From Candidatus Multivoradales bacterium (lineage in GTDB: Bacteria; Acidobacteriota; Thermoanaerobaculia; Multivoradales; Multivoraceae), in contig CBDCWI010000002.1 of assembly GCA_965223325.1 (NCBI GenBank), positions 896,001 through 960,000 on the forward strand: a stretch of 64,000 bases of DNA. The letters are read 5' to 3'. The notes under the pieces were generated by a model that saw nothing but the letters and a program-made list of their open reading frames with translations, was not told the origin of the DNA and searched no databases. Position numbers and translations under genes: made by a program. Of this stretch, positions 56,592 through 64,000 are shown piece by piece. Position 1 is the stretch's first letter, and the number at the start of each line of letters is the position of its first letter.

Positions 56592-56723
56592 ACGACCTCT
56601 GGCACCCATGACCGACCACGGCGCTAGATTCCTAGACCTCTGAAACCAGGTTTTCTGAATCAGGTCTTGTGTTGGTCAAGGAATCCGAGGCGCAGCGCGC
56701 AGCGCTGCTTGCCGGGAAGCACG

Positions 56724-56820
56724 TCTAGCGAGGGTCGTGGTAGGACCGCCGGACGCGTTCCCAACTCAGGGGCACGCTTGTCGGTCCGAGGAAGCGGTGA
56801 ACACCGCGACCCTCGCTAGA
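56724..56820. repeat. REPIN/MITE-like element with 18-bp terminal inverted repeats
   Basis: TCTAGCGAGGGTCGTGGT (56724-56741) pairs with ACCGCGACCCTCGCTAGA (56803-56820) with one G-U type mismatch. Inner stem GGACCG/CGGTCC. Confidence 0.75.
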
Positions 56821-58390
56821 TCTTCCTTCCGGCCCCCTCCCAGTAGGGCTTGCGCAGCTCGCGCTTGAGGACCTTCATGGCTCCCGAGAGCGGCAGCGGC
56901 TCGCTCCGGAACTCGACCGACTTAGGCACCTTGTAGCCGGCGATGGTCCCGCGGGCGTGTTCCTGAATCTCCTCGGCGGTGCACTCTGCGCCGGGCTTGG
57001 TAACGACAATGGCGTGCACCTGCTCGACCCAGAGGTCGTGAGGAATGCCGATGACGGCGACCTGGGCAACGGCGGGGTGGGTCGAAATGGCGTTCTCGAC
57101 CTCCGAGGAGTAGACATTCTCGCCGCCGGTCACGATCATGTCTTTGACCCTGTCGACCAGGTAGAGGTAGCCATCCTCGTCGAGATAGCCCGCGTCGCCC
57201 GTGTGGTACCAACCTCCGCGGAAGGCCTCGGCGGTCTCCTCCTCCTTGTTCCAGTAACGGTCCATGTAGTTGCCGCCCTTGGCGCACACCTCGCCAACTT
57301 CGCCGGTGGCGACCTGGTTACCCTCCTCGTCCTGAATCTGCAAGACGATGCCCGTAAGCGGCCGGCCAACCGAGCGCAGAACATCACCCCCTTGCCGATG
57401 TTCCTCGGGACCCAGGAAGGTGAGAACCGAGCTCGACTCGGTCATACCGTAGCCCTGCGAAATGTCCATCTCGGGGTAGAGCTCGAGCAACTTCTCGAGC
57501 AGCGCCGCGGGCATCGGCGAGGCGCCGTAGGTGAGCGACTGGAGAGACGCGAGGCGCTCCGGGCGAAACTCGGGGTGTGCCATGACCATGCCGATCATTG
57601 TCGGCACCATGGTCGTCTGGGTGACCCCGTGCTTCTCGATCTCATCTAGAACCCGGCCAGGATCGAACATTGGAATGGTGACCAGCACGCCGCCCGCACC
57701 CGGAGTCGCCAGAATCCCAATGATCGAGGCGGCATGGAACATCGGCGTCTGCATGAGTGACACTTCTCCCTCGTTCAGGCGATCGAAGCGCATCTGCACG
57801 TGGTAGCAGTTGAGCATCTCAGCGCGCTGACTCACCAAGACGCCCTTGGGCAGGCCGGTGGTGCCGCCGGTATACATGAGGACCACCGGGTCTTCTTCCT
57901 CCGGCTCAGCCGGCGCCACCGGTTGCGCTGCGGCGAGTAGATCTTCATAGCCGATGTCACAGCCCTGGTCCCCTTCACCGATCAGCACCAACTTCCGAAT
58001 CGGGCTCTTGGAATCGCTCTCCGCCATCGCCCGTGTGAACACTTCGTGAAAGTGCGCGTCGACGAACACCACCTCGGTCCCTGAGTCGCGCACGATGTAG
58101 TCGAGCTCGGGACCGGCCAGGCGCAGATTGAGCGGGTTGATCACCCCCGCTCCAAGGAAGGCTGCATGGTAGAGCTCCAGGTACTCGTGGCCGTTCACCG
58201 CCATGACGGCAAAGCGGTCGCGGGGTCCTAGCCCGAGTTGATTCTCGAGGGCGTGCGCCAAGCGCAAGACGCGCTCCTGGTGCTGATTGAAGGTCGTCTG
58301 GTACTCGCCGTCGATCACCCCGACCTTCTTGGCGCAGCGCTCCATCGCCGGGAAGAACATCCGTGGATAGACCAACTCTTTCATCGCCAT
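56816..58390 (-). CDS. long-chain fatty acid--CoA ligase (AMP-binding)
   Basis: YTGGTTGLPKG, QGYGMTE, WYHTGD, DRVKDMIVTGGENVY and GAMKVLK motifs. Confidence 0.95.
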   Translation of the reverse strand: MAMKELVYPRMFFPAMERCAKKVGVIDGEYQTTFNQHQERVLRLAHALENQLGLGPRDRFAVMAVNGHEYLELYHAAFLGAGVINPLNLRLAGPELDYIVRDSGTEVVFVDAHFHEVFTRAMAESDSKSPIRKLVLIGEGDQGCDIGYEDLLAAAQPVAPAEPEEEDPVVLMYTGGTTGLPKGVLVSQRAEMLNCYHVQMRFDRLNEGEVSLMQTPMFHAASIIGILATPGAGGVLVTIPMFDPGRVLDEIEKHGVTQTTMVPTMIGMVMAHPEFRPERLASLQSLTYGASPMPAALLEKLLELYPEMDISQGYGMTESSSVLTFLGPEEHRQGGDVLRSVGRPLTGIVLQIQDEEGNQVATGEVGEVCAKGGNYMDRYWNKEEETAEAFRGGWYHTGDAGYLDEDGYLYLVDRVKDMIVTGGENVYSSEVENAISTHPAVAQVAVIGIPHDLWVEQVHAIVVTKPGAECTAEEIQEHARGTIAGYKVPKSVEFRSEPLPLSGAMKVLKRELRKPYWEGAGRKI

Positions 58391-58529
58391 CTGGAACTCT
58401 CCTGGCACCCGGGAGTTTCGGACACCGGCTCTTTGAAGGGGGCCGCTCATGGTAACCCGAGCGATCCCAGCCGCTCTCTCCTCGACGTACTAGAGTCAGC
58501 CCACACTCGTAGACCGCCGGAGATGAGGA

Positions 58530-59771
58530 ATGAGCGACCCCAGCGCGCCAGAGAACCAGACAACAGCCGCGAGCCGCGTCCTCGACGGCATCCGCGTCCT
58601 CGACTTCGGCCGCTACATCGCGGGACCGTTCTGCGCCGCACTACTCGGCGACATGGGAGCCGAGGTGATTCGTATCGAGAAGGTACGTGGTAGCGAAGAC
58701 CGCTGGGTCGCGCCGGTCACTGAAACTGGCGAGGGCGGGCTCTTCCTGCAGATGAACCGCAACAAGAAGTCGGTCACCCTGAACCCGATGAAGCCCGAGG
58801 GCCGCGAGATCACCAAGAAGCTCATTGCAACCGCCGACGTGGTCGTCGCCAACCTTCCCCCGCAAACCCTCGAAGCAATGGGGCTCGACCTCGCCAGCCT
58901 GCACTCTGTCAAGCCCGACGTGATTCTGACCACGGTCTCAGCCTACGGACGCGGCGGCCCGTACTCCGACCGAGTCGGTTTCGACGGCATCGGCCAGGTC
59001 ATGTCGAGCGCCGTCTACATGGGTGGTGACGAAGGAGAACCGAAGCGTGCCGCCGTTGCCTGGGTCGACTTCGGCACCGCGCTGTCGTGCGCCTTTGGCA
59101 CGATGGGCGCCCTCATGCATCGTTTGAAGACCGGCCAGGCGCAGCAGGTCGAAGGCTCGCTCCTCCACACCGCCATCACATTCACCAATGCCGCGCTCAT
59201 CGAGCAGGCGGTGATTCAGCGCAACCGAAAACCGACCGGTAACCTCGGTCAGACTTCGGCGCCATCCGACCTCTACCAGACGAAGAACGGTTGGATTCTC
59301 TGTCAGGTCATCGGCCAGCCTCTCTTCGATCGCTGGGCGAATCTGATGATCGCCGACGGGAACGAAGGCGAGGTCGACTGGCTCGCCGACGAGCGCTTCA
59401 CCGACGACCTGGCGCGCGGCGACAACGGGCCGGTGATCTCCGAGCGAATGGGCCGCTGGACGGCTAGCCGCACCACCGAAGAGGCGCTCGAGATTCTCGG
59501 CGAGGCGCGCATTCCTGCCGGCCCGGTCTACTCGATGCAGGAGACCCTCGACGACCCACACATTCAAGAAGTCGGCTTCTTCCAGTATCTCGACTACCCA
59601 GGCGCCCCACGGCCGGCGCCGGTCTCTCGGACCCAGGTGCTCCTCAGCGAGACTCCCGCCCGCATCAACCGACGTGCCCCGACGCTCGGCGAACATACCG
59701 ACGAGGTGTTGGGCGCGCTCGGCTACGACCAGGCGACGCTCGACGACCTACGAACAAAGCGTGTGATCTAG
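58530..59771 (+). CDS. family III CoA-transferase (CaiB/BaiF)
   Basis: LDGIRVLD, AGPFCAALLGDMGAEVIRIE, NRNKKSVTL and APTLGEHT motifs. Confidence 0.95.
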   Translation: MSDPSAPENQTTAASRVLDGIRVLDFGRYIAGPFCAALLGDMGAEVIRIEKVRGSEDRWVAPVTETGEGGLFLQMNRNKKSVTLNPMKPEGREITKKLIATADVVVANLPPQTLEAMGLDLASLHSVKPDVILTTVSAYGRGGPYSDRVGFDGIGQVMSSAVYMGGDEGEPKRAAVAWVDFGTALSCAFGTMGALMHRLKTGQAQQVEGSLLHTAITFTNAALIEQAVIQRNRKPTGNLGQTSAPSDLYQTKNGWILCQVIGQPLFDRWANLMIADGNEGEVDWLADERFTDDLARGDNGPVISERMGRWTASRTTEEALEILGEARIPAGPVYSMQETLDDPHIQEVGFFQYLDYPGAPRPAPVSRTQVLLSETPARINRRAPTLGEHTDEVLGALGYDQATLDDLRTKRVI

Positions 59772-59814
59772 CGCTCCTGCTGTATCGCCCGCGACCCCGC
59801 TCTACACTCCCACC

Positions 59815-61179
59815 ATGCCAGCCCAGCCACAGTCCACTCGCCTGCGAGCTCGTCAGCGACTCGGCAAGTACCGCATCGGCAAGACCCTGGCCAAGGGCGG
59901 TTTCGCCGCGGTCTACCAGGGCTACGACACCATCGAGCGCCTGCCGGTGGCGATCAAGGTTCCTGATCAGCACTTGCTCGACGACGAAGCGATGAAGCTG
60001 CTGGCACACGAGGTGCGCCTGATTGCCCGCCTCGAGCATCCGGGGATCCTGCCGGTCAAGAACGCCACCATCGAAGAGGGCATCTTCCTGATCGTCTACC
60101 CCCTCGGCGAAGAGACCCTCGATGCCCGGCTGCGTCGCCGGCTGCCGATCGTCGAAGCGCTCTCCTACGCCGACCAGCTGCTCGACGTGCTCGCCTACGC
60201 CCACCAACGGCGGGTCATCCACTGCGACATCAAGCCCGACAACATCATCCTCTTTGACGGCCAACGCGTGCGGCTGACGGACTTCGGCATCGCCCGCGTC
60301 GCCGCCGGCACCCGCACCATCGCTTCAGGGGCGGGAACGGTGGGCTACATCGCCCCCGAACAGGCTCTCGGTCGACCGTCGCTGCGCTCCGATGTCTTCT
60401 CGATCGGACTGGTGATCTGGCAGATGCTCTCCGGGCAGCTTCCCGAATGGCCCTACCGATGGCCGCTTCCCGGTCACGAGAGAATGCGGCGCAGTGTGCA
60501 TCGCGACATGGTCGCCGTGCTCCGTCGCGCCATGGAACTCGACGAGCGCAAACGCTTCAAGAACGCCGGCGCCATGCTTCAGGCCTTTCGCGCGGCGCGC
60601 CGTAAGACCCGCGGGTCAAAGACCACACGTCGCAAGTCGAGCAAGGTCACCAACAAGGAACGCCGGCGCAGTGTGCCGACATGGCAAGAGGTTCGCCTCC
60701 TGCAGTACCAGAAGAGCTACGCCAAGGTCCTGGGCAAGGCCGGGAAGTGCTCCAAATGCAGCGGCCCGGTCTCTGAGCCCATGCACTACTGCCCATGGTG
60801 TTCGATACGGCTCAAGGTGTGGAAAGGCGAAACCGACTTCCCCATCGCCTGCGGCCACTGCCACCGAGGCAACAAACTCGACTGGCGCTACTGCGCATGG
60901 TGCTACAGCGCCGGCGTGCCGCCCGAGAACAAGAGACAGTACGACGACAAGCGCTACACGGCGCGCTGCTCGAACCGCAAGTGCCCACGTCGTGACCTGA
61001 TGCCCTTCATGAGGTACTGCCCTTGGTGCCACACCAAGGTGAAGAAGCCGTGGCCGATCGAGGGCAGTCGGCGCCGCTGCAAGCGCTGCCGCTGGGGGAT
61101 CACCGACTACTGGAACAACTGTGCCTGGTGCGGCAAGTCGTGTGGAAACTCGATCGCCAACACCACCACGACGAGATGA
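59815..61179 (+). CDS. Hanks-type Ser/Thr protein kinase with four C-terminal zinc ribbons
   Basis: KGGFAAVY, VAIK, HCDIKPDN, DFG, GTVGYIAPE and DVFSIG motifs. Eight Cys pairs in the C-terminus. Confidence 0.92.
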   Translation: MPAQPQSTRLRARQRLGKYRIGKTLAKGGFAAVYQGYDTIERLPVAIKVPDQHLLDDEAMKLLAHEVRLIARLEHPGILPVKNATIEEGIFLIVYPLGEETLDARLRRRLPIVEALSYADQLLDVLAYAHQRRVIHCDIKPDNIILFDGQRVRLTDFGIARVAAGTRTIASGAGTVGYIAPEQALGRPSLRSDVFSIGLVIWQMLSGQLPEWPYRWPLPGHERMRRSVHRDMVAVLRRAMELDERKRFKNAGAMLQAFRAARRKTRGSKTTRRKSSKVTNKERRRSVPTWQEVRLLQYQKSYAKVLGKAGKCSKCSGPVSEPMHYCPWCSIRLKVWKGETDFPIACGHCHRGNKLDWRYCAWCYSAGVPPENKRQYDDKRYTARCSNRKCPRRDLMPFMRYCPWCHTKVKKPWPIEGSRRRCKRCRWGITDYWNNCAWCGKSCGNSIANTTTTR

Positions 61180-61190
61180 GCGCATAGGCC

Positions 61191-62048
61191 TTGAAGGTCG
61201 AAGCGACCAGCTGGAGCGGCGCCAACCGTTGGCCCCCTGACGTTGCCGAGCTCCCGCCGCTCGGTCAGGCGGTGTTGTCGACCGTCGCCTACGACGGTCC
61301 AGGGGACAACGAAGATGCGCTGGCGGTGTGGAACCTCGACACAGAGAGCGCCGTTCTGGCGATCGCCGACGGTGCCGGTGGTCTTCCGCAGGGCAAAGCG
61401 GCAGCGAGGGCGGCACTTCAGGCGCTCGACCTGTGCCTGCGCGGTCGTGCCGACGGGCAGATCGAAGGGGCCAGCCTGCGCAGCCGCATCATGACCGGCT
61501 TCGAACTCGCCAACCGCCGCGTCAGAGACCTGCGGGGTGCTGCCACGACCCTGCTCGCGCTCGAGATCCAGCCGGGCATCGCCCGCTGTTTCCATGCCGG
61601 CGATTCGGGCGCCACGATCTTCGGCCAACGCGGGCGCGTCAAGTTCCGCACCGTCGACCACTCACCGGTAGGCTTCGGCGAGGCCGCCGGGCTCATCGAA
61701 CCCGCCGAAGCCATGTTTCACGAGCACCGGCACCTGGTGTCGAACATGTTGGGCGATCAAGACATGAAGATCGACGTGGGGCCGACCGTCGCGCTTGCCC
61801 CCCTCGACACCGTCGTCCTGGGTTCGGACGGCCTGTGGGACAACCTGCACTTCGACGAGGTCATCGATCTCCTGCGCGCTGGTCCGCTCGTCGAGGGGGT
61901 CGAAGCGACCTGCAACCTCGCCCGCTCACGCATGGGGCTCCTGGCAGGAGAGCTGCCCAGCGCGGGCCGGTCCAGCGACGAAGAGCCCGGAAAACCCGAT
62001 GACCTGACGGTGATCGCCTTCCGCCAGAGCCACTCTGGCCAGAGCTAG
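61191..62048 (+). CDS. PP2C-family Ser/Thr phosphatase
   Basis: NEDA, IADGAGG, HAGDS, TVDHS, GSDGLWD and KPDDLTVI motifs. Starts 11 nt after the kinase stop. Confidence 0.92.
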   Translation: MKVEATSWSGANRWPPDVAELPPLGQAVLSTVAYDGPGDNEDALAVWNLDTESAVLAIADGAGGLPQGKAAARAALQALDLCLRGRADGQIEGASLRSRIMTGFELANRRVRDLRGAATTLLALEIQPGIARCFHAGDSGATIFGQRGRVKFRTVDHSPVGFGEAAGLIEPAEAMFHEHRHLVSNMLGDQDMKIDVGPTVALAPLDTVVLGSDGLWDNLHFDEVIDLLRAGPLVEGVEATCNLARSRMGLLAGELPSAGRSSDEEPGKPDDLTVIAFRQSHSGQS

Positions 62049-62189
62049 CTGCTGGTCGCGACTCGATGTCCGCCGACCCCGGGGTAGGTGAAGGCTGTAA
62101 CACCTGCGCTCGCATTCGGAAGAGAGAGGCAGGCTGGCAACGTCGCCGGCTCAGAAAGGGCCGGAAGCGGCCAGAAAGCCTCTCACCCC

Positions 62190-62438
62190 ATGTCGTGCCT
62201 GAAGACTGTCCGTTTCCGTACCCAGCCGCTTTCCTCCAGCTACAAAGATCTGCCGGTCGAAGTCCTGCAGGAGGCTCAGTTTCTCAGTTGGACGACCGGT
62301 CGGCGCGTCCTCGTTCGCCGCCTGCGCGACCGCTACGTGGTCAGCGCCGGCGAGAGTCACAGCTCGATTGCCACTGCGGTCGCCTACGTCGAGATCAGCC
62401 CTGAGCATCGCCACCTCGTTCCCGCGGTCCACATGTAG
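62190..62438 (+). CDS. small hypothetical protein (~82 aa)
   Basis: Coding-like ORF filling the gap, preceded by a structured leader. No recognised motif. Confidence 0.45.
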   Translation: MSCLKTVRFRTQPLSSSYKDLPVEVLQEAQFLSWTTGRRVLVRRLRDRYVVSAGESHSSIATAVAYVEISPEHRHLVPAVHM

Positions 62439-62482
62439 CGCCGCGGCCCAGCCATTAGCTCGCGCCGGGAGCGCCGCCCGTG

Positions 62483-62974
62483 TCAGCGCGTGAGGTGCTT
62501 CTCGTGACAGATCTCACACGCGTCGATCACCGCGTTGCCGGCATCGATGACACCGTCCGCATCCCGCTCGCGGGCCGCAACCAGCGCATCTTCGCCAGCG
62601 TCCACCATCGTCTGTGAAGTCTCGACCCAGACGTCGTCATCGACCCGGCGCCCCTCCATGAGCATCAGGTTGCCGGCTTCCGCGAGAAGAATGGCCATGC
62701 TCTCGAGCTCTTTCCAACCCTCTTCGTCGGCTGGTGCCTCACGGGCCACGTTCCAGAGCGCCGCCGAGGTCGGAATCACCATCACGTCCATCACCTCGCG
62801 CACACTCGCGACCGCGCGCAGTTCGTCGTCGTCTTCCTGGGCGACGCCAATGTGACGCGTCGCCGCGATCAACAAGAGGGCGATGGCCAAAGCCCCCATG
62901 ACCTCCAGCAAGGTCATGATGCGCTCGCGCAGTGACCGATGGGGACTCGGGGTGAGGGAATCAAACAGCGGCAT
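62483..62974 (-). CDS. putative c-type cytochrome (cytochrome c'-like, C-terminal CxxCH)
   Basis: AAGGAG RBS, hydrophobic export helix, acidic helical body and CEICH at the C-terminus. Confidence 0.75.
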   Translation of the reverse strand: MPLFDSLTPSPHRSLRERIMTLLEVMGALAIALLLIAATRHIGVAQEDDDELRAVASVREVMDVMVIPTSAALWNVAREAPADEEGWKELESMAILLAEAGNLMLMEGRRVDDDVWVETSQTMVDAGEDALVAARERDADGVIDAGNAVIDACEICHEKHLTR

Positions 62975-63083
62975 GGTGAACTCCTTTAGCGAATTCTGGC
63001 ACGCCTCACCGGGACGTTCGAATAGGGGTTCGCCGTAAGGTTCGAAGCAGCAGGCCACCTTTCCGGAGCTGCCGGCGCCGCGG

Positions 63084-64000
63084 TCACTCCTGACGCAACG
63101 CAATCAACGGGTCGAGATGTGCGGCGCGCCGCGCTGGAATCAGGCAGGCTGCCGTCATCACCAGCATGAGAACCAGCACCGCGCCCACGAAAACGAGTGG
63201 ATCCCAAGGCTCGACTTCTACCAGAAAGCGCGAAACCCCACGGCTCGCAGCGAGCGCCAGCAGCAGGCCAAGACCGCCTCCGGCAAGAGTCATCTTGAGC
63301 CCCTCGCCCAGAATCAACCACACCGTGTTCCTCTCCGATGAGCCGAGCGCCGCGCGAATCCCGATCTCACGCGTGCGTTGCGCAACGCTGTAGGCACGCA
63401 CTCCGTAGACGCCGGCGACGGCCAACAGAAGTGCGATCGCGGCAAAGATCCCGAAGATCTGCGCACCCAGGCGCAAGACCCAGGCATCGAAGCTGGAATC
63501 GAAGTGAGTCCTCATGCTACGCAGCTGCAGAACCGGCAGCTGGGCATGGGTGTCTCGGATGGCTCCACGCGCCGCAGCGAGCAGTGCAGTGTTGTCGACG
63601 CCCGGAGCGGTGCGCAGATGAATCTGCTGATTGGCGAGGAAGCGTCGCGAGGTTGGGTAGAAGACGTGCGGTCGCGCGTCTGCCGAGAGCAGCGTGTCGC
63701 GCGACGGCGCCACGATACCGACGACCTCGGCAAGTCGACGCTCGTCGCCTCCGTTCCCCGGAACCCTCAGCAACTGGCCGAGAGGTTCTTCCTCGGGCCA
63801 CAAGAGGTCGGCCAGCGTCTTGTCCACGATCACGACACCTTCACTCTCCGAGTCGTCAAAGCTCCGCCCCCGCAGGAGCGGCAACCCGAGAGTCTCGAAG
63901 TACGAACCGCTGACATAGTTAGTGCGCGCGCTGGTCGGCTCCCCACCGTCTTCAGGTAGCGGTGCATCGGCTCGTTGCACGCCGTGCCCCATTCTCAGGA
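63084..64000 (-). CDS. ADOP-type FtsX/MacB ABC permease, C-terminal part (5' end outside window)
   Basis: VSGSYFETLGLPLLRGRSF, GVYGVRAYSVAQRTREIGIRAALG and IPARRAAHLDPLIALRQE motifs. Confidence 0.92.
   Translation of the reverse strand, partial: LRMGHGVQRADAPLPEDGGEPTSARTNYVSGSYFETLGLPLLRGRSFDDSESEGVVIVDKTLADLLWPEEEPLGQLLRVPGNGGDERRLAEVVGIVAPSRDTLLSADARPHVFYPTSRRFLANQQIHLRTAPGVDNTALLAAARGAIRDTHAQLPVLQLRSMRTHFDSSFDAWVLRLGAQIFGIFAAIALLLAVAGVYGVRAYSVAQRTREIGIRAALGSSERNTVWLILGEGLKMTLAGGGLGLLLALAASRGVSRFLVEVEPWDPLVFVGAVLVLMLVMTAACLIPARRAAHLDPLIALRQE

Noticed and set aside
62081-62189. SRP RNA, glycine riboswitch or c-di-GMP riboswitch
   Set aside because: I could not match the conserved cores of these families by eye. 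Reported only as an unknown structure.

Overview
GC-rich chromosomal window (roughly 65% GC by eye), most consistent with an Acidobacteriota genome, probably Thermoanaerobaculia-like. This is inferred from an ADOP-type FtsX/MacB permease at the right edge and a secreted protein ending in an 'FxDGFESG' motif. It is gene-dense, with about 55 supportable CDS: peptidases (S9, M28, M23), fatty-acid/CoA metabolism, galE, ppk2, mltA, two Usp proteins, two sodium:solute symporters, BNR proteins and c-di-GMP enzymes. I found no rRNA, tRNA, CRISPR array, integrase or transposase. Most notable observations: (1) a three-gene unit of secreted protein, lone GspG-like pilin and membrane HAMP-GAF-HD-GYP receptor, behind a near-consensus sigma70 promoter overlapped by a palindrome; (2) three orphan pilin genes behind a sigma54-type promoter; (3) a non-RD Ser/Thr kinase with four zinc ribbons paired with a PP2C phosphatase; (4) two distant REPIN/MITE-like hairpin elements with co-varying terminal repeats, both fused to TAG stop codons; (5) an 11-bp tandem repeat directly upstream of an extended -10 box; (6) a nucleotidyltransferase-XRE pair; (7) an uncharacterised sugar/cyclitol locus; (8) several structured intergenic RNA candidates. 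All product calls come from motifs recognised by eye, and no searches were run.
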